DNA of 64,000 nt from the NCBI RefSeq assembly GCF_018350175.1, contig NC_058383.1:22074001-22138000 (forward strand), written 5' to 3'. Positions 60,117-64,000 of this stretch are shown one piece after another. Source of the stretch: Felis catus. Taxonomy: Eukaryota. The notes under the pieces were generated by a model. The model did not search any database and had not been told where the DNA came from. It was given only the letters and a program-made list of their open reading frames with translations. The stretch's first letter is position 1, and each line of letters begins with the position of its first letter. A program made the position numbers and the translations under genes.

Positions 60117-63100
60117 CAGAACTTGGGCTTTTAATAACAAAGCTCTTCGTGTGTGGGCTCCCAGGGATATTTGTGGTGTGGCTTGGTCAGGAAGGGTTTA
60201 TGGAGGGCAAGCACGTTGGGCCAGGCCCTGACAGCTGTGTAGGGTTAGGATAGGAGGAAAGGAAGGGCTACGAGGTCTTGATTAGCACTACCAGTGATAT
60301 TATCAATGATGGCCTCTGTGTACTGAGTGCTTCCTGTGCACCCAGGCTCTGTGCTAAAGGCTTCCTAGCCATTACTCTTTCATCTTTATTTTCACTTTAC
60401 AACTAGTATCCTCATTGTCCAGTAAGAAACTGGTCCAGAGTAGTCATTTGCCCAGAGGCACACAGCTAAGTAGCAGAGCCGTGCTTTGAACAGATCCGCC
60501 CTACCCGGAGCTCTAGCTGCTCTGTGTTATGCATTCTGCTTGCTTTTGTGCGAACCTGTGGCCAGTGGGGGCTTCTGTCTGCTTTGTTTTTCGAAGTGGG
60601 AGTGGCATTCTGAGCACGTGATACTAATTTTTTTTTTCCTGGCAGAAAATAGGTTCTTTAATGGGATGGATATATAAAGAAAGGACTTTTCAATGGGAAC
60701 GGAACGGTTTTCAAAAGCCGAGCTCAATTTCCGCATAAGGACAAGGATGGCCAAGCGAAGAAAAGCCACTGCAGAATCATCCAGCACTAATGTGAGTCTC
60801 TGCCCAGTTACTGCACTCTGAGCTGATGTGCCTGCAGCCATGCAGACAGCTGGATTTAATCACTGTTCCGATCTCTGATCACCTCCCAGACGCATCCCCT
60901 GGGGCCTGCGGTTCGGGAGGAAGTGTCTGCTGTTCGCTTGAGTGTTTTCTCTTCTTTGGAGCCTCAACCTTGAACAAAGAGCCCACACCGGACGCAGCCC
61001 ACTCAACTCAGAAAGGTCCTCCAACCCGATAGTAAGAAAGTCACCCCAGTTAATCCTGAAGGTTATGGGTCCTAAATTAATAGAAATCTGTTCCACCAGG
61101 GAAACCGCTAATTGGAGCTGAAGCTGAATGCAGCTGACCTGGAAAATCCTCTCTCCTCCATGACCCACTTAGAACCCCCAGCTGTCCCAGCAGGGCAGAG
61201 TCATGAAGGGGAAAGTCTTGAGCGTGTATGAAGCACCTACTATGCGCCGATAACACAGAAGGGGCTTTCTCTTATGTTACCTGATTTAATGCTCTCAGAC
61301 AACTCAATGATCAATGAGGGTTGTTAGTCCATTTTTTAGAGGTAAAGAAACAGAAGCCCAGAGCTGCAGAGTAGGACCATACACCTAGGAAGTGGATGGG
61401 GGTGAGATGTGCAAAGGGTCTTGGGCTCCCAAATCCCCCATTAAAACAAATCCTATGGCAGCGTATGCATACTTAGATGCCAAGAGGGGCCTGGCGTGTA
61501 ATGTAGTAGTGCCAGCATCAGCAACAGTAATAATAATAGTGGCCCATGGGTTCTGGATCAGAATGCCAGGCTCTGTTGTAAGTGAGCCGCTGGTATGAAC
61601 TCATTTAATCATCACAGAATCCTGTACGGAGAACTATCATTATCCTCAATCCACAGACAAGGTTGAGGAATTTACCTACAGGCATAGTGCCGCTCATGCT
61701 GGGACCAGGATTTGAACCCAGATGAAAGTGGGCCGGATGGGGATTTCTGCAAATTGGAGAAGGCACGCCCTTCAGGGGACATGGGCTTCCCATCCAGCTG
61801 GCTATCACATGCTTTATAGGAATGACAGACCAGCATGGCGGGATCAGATTTCTCAAGAGAAACTGAAAGTTAATGTTCATGGGAAATCTCTTGCCCTTTA
61901 AATGGTGGCAATTGCTAAACAAACTAAAAGCTCAGTATACGACCTCCGCCCACTCTTCCTCCCTCACAACGAAATGTCTACAGGGGTCTGCACTGGCCTT
62001 ATGCTGTGTTCTCCTCCTCCTCTTCTTCTCCTTCTTCTTTTTTTTACAAGCCTCACTTACGCTCCTCACGGCCCTCTGGATCTCTGTTCTCTGTTCCTCG
62101 TTTTCCCTCCCCTTGCCTCATACTTTCAAAGAAAATATTTTCACCCAATTCACTTCAAGATGTTGGGGACTGAGACAAAGTCACACGTGGTTTCCCCAGG
62201 GATATTTGCAGCTTAACCTATACAGCTGAGATAACAAAGCTCAGATGAGTCACCAAGAGTGAGAATCTAGGTGGTGTGAGAAGGTGCTCTACACGGAGAG
62301 GGTGGCCCAGCTAATACAAAGTGCCTACGTTTTCCAGCTTTTCTGCATCCACGCAGAGCACCAGGCATCTGACTGGGGCCCGGAAGCACGGGGCTGGATC
62401 GAGCCGTGGGAAACCAGCAAACACCCCAAGGACCTAAGACCGGCAGCCCTGGTTTATTCAGACACACAGGTGGGAATCCACTGGGAAGGCATGGTCATGC
62501 CCTAACCTTGAAATTGCACCTGTACCTCCACCTGGTGGGAGAGTGAATACTTCATAAAGGCAGGATCCACGAGCCATATTCTCTGCGGCTCTCACAGCGT
62601 TTTCACACTTCCATCAGAGCTGAAATGTTCCCACATTTGGGTAATAGGTTTAAAAGCAGTGGTTCTCAAACCACTTGGGGACTTTTGCAGACTTTTACAG
62701 ATGTCCAGACAATCCCTGGGTGAGACTGAGGTTATGTACGATCTGAAAAAGCCCTGCAGATCATCCTGATGGCACCAAAGGCGAGGACCAAGGATCTGCA
62801 GGGACTCACCGAGGTCAAGCACATCTGGCTTAATGCCAGATGCATAACAAAGCAATCTTCACCAGCACCCATGTGCCCTGCCTTCTTCACAGGTGCAATC
62901 TGCATACACTGCAGGATACAGTGTACGTATGCTTTTCAGCCCTTTGTGGGTTGGGCGAGGGGAGACCAGGGGCTTTGAAGACACAAAATTTGGGTCAGCT
63001 TATCCAGAGAATCCCTTAAACTCAACACTGCATGATAGTTTCTTAAGACAAAAGTTACACGCTGTTAGTATTAACCACACACACATACAGAGCAGAGCAG

Positions 63101-63445
63101 GGCGAGGCTGACAGATCGGTGCTGCAGACCTCTTGCACACCTTCCCATGGGTCCCAGCTCTTTGGCAAAGACTCTGTGTTTCCTATCTCGTTCATTCAAT
63201 ATGCATTCCCCTGTGCCGGACTAGAGCCTGGAGCCCAGCCAGCAGCAAGATACTGTTGCAGGCAGACCTCTCTGGTACTTTTGTGCAGATTGGAAAAAAG
63301 CCCCCTTTGCTCCGGGAGGTCCATGCCAGGCTCACAGGCCAGCAAGTGGGGAGAAAGATAGAGTTCAGTCTCCATTCCCCCTCTCTCCCTGGGTGAGTTG
63401 TCCTTGCGCGGGGTCCTGACCGCAAGCTTTCAGGGGCTCACTCAC

Positions 63446-63553
63446 CCCTTTGCAGATGGCCACAGCTTCCTTGGACATGGACTTTGGGTAAGCCACGTTG
63501 TGTTCCATGATGGACTGGAAGAGCTCGTCCTCATCCTCCCCTTCAAAGGGTGC
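63446..63553 (-). CDS. PRKCB: PKC-beta exon (108 bp; equivalent to human exon 15), [36 protein letters not shown]
   Basis: Peptide is inside ORF 63365..63616. ccccacag acceptor, GGG|gtgagt donor, phase 0. Confidence 0.98.
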
Positions 63554-63828
63554 CTGTGGGGCAGAGGATAGTGTGGGAAGAGAGGGTTCCTGCCTGCCCC
63601 TCCCCAACTGCTCCAAACCATTGGGCCCTTTCCCCTGGGGTCCACAGCGAGGCCATACTCAGGGGCTTCAAGGGAGAAGACAAAGAAAAACAGTCAAAAG
63701 AGTAAGCTAACCCTAAGGCCAAGGAAGTCACAGTGTTTCCAATCTATGAGCTGGTACCGACGGGATACCTTCGTCTAGAGAAACCATGCAGATGGGGTTG
63801 GGGGAGGACTTTTCTTACCAATCAGCTA

Positions 63829-63984
<156 letters not shown>

Positions 63985-64000
63985 TCACTTCTTTAATGTA

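Overview
Eukaryotic, mammalian DNA. The tRNA-derived CAN-SINEs are of the cat (SINEC_Fc-like) type and there is a carnivore L1, so the source is a felid. The right half holds the 3' end of PRKCB (protein kinase C beta) on the minus strand. Three common kinase-domain exons lie at 63841-63921, 63446-63553 and 58369-58509. They are followed by the two alternative terminal V5 exons, beta-II (40225-40383) and beta-I (34183-34335), and a likely poly(A) signal near 33702. The left half is intergenic and repeat-rich. It contains a full-length but dead L1 (276-7270, 17-18 bp TSD, with a SINE nested in ORF2) and old L2, MIR, MLT, LTR16, LTR33 and MER remnants. I count 22 CAN-SINEs and several microsatellites across the window. 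I found no CRISPR, prokaryotic or clearly new gene system. The most interesting signals are these: a beta-II splice donor 57 nt after its stop codon (on the NMD boundary), two head-to-head SINE pairs that re-used one endonuclease site on opposite strands, two tail-only retro-insertions, CTCF motifs at and in the L1 5' end, and an 18:4 SINE strand bias. Family names for old repeats come from recalled consensus motifs and their boundaries are approximate.
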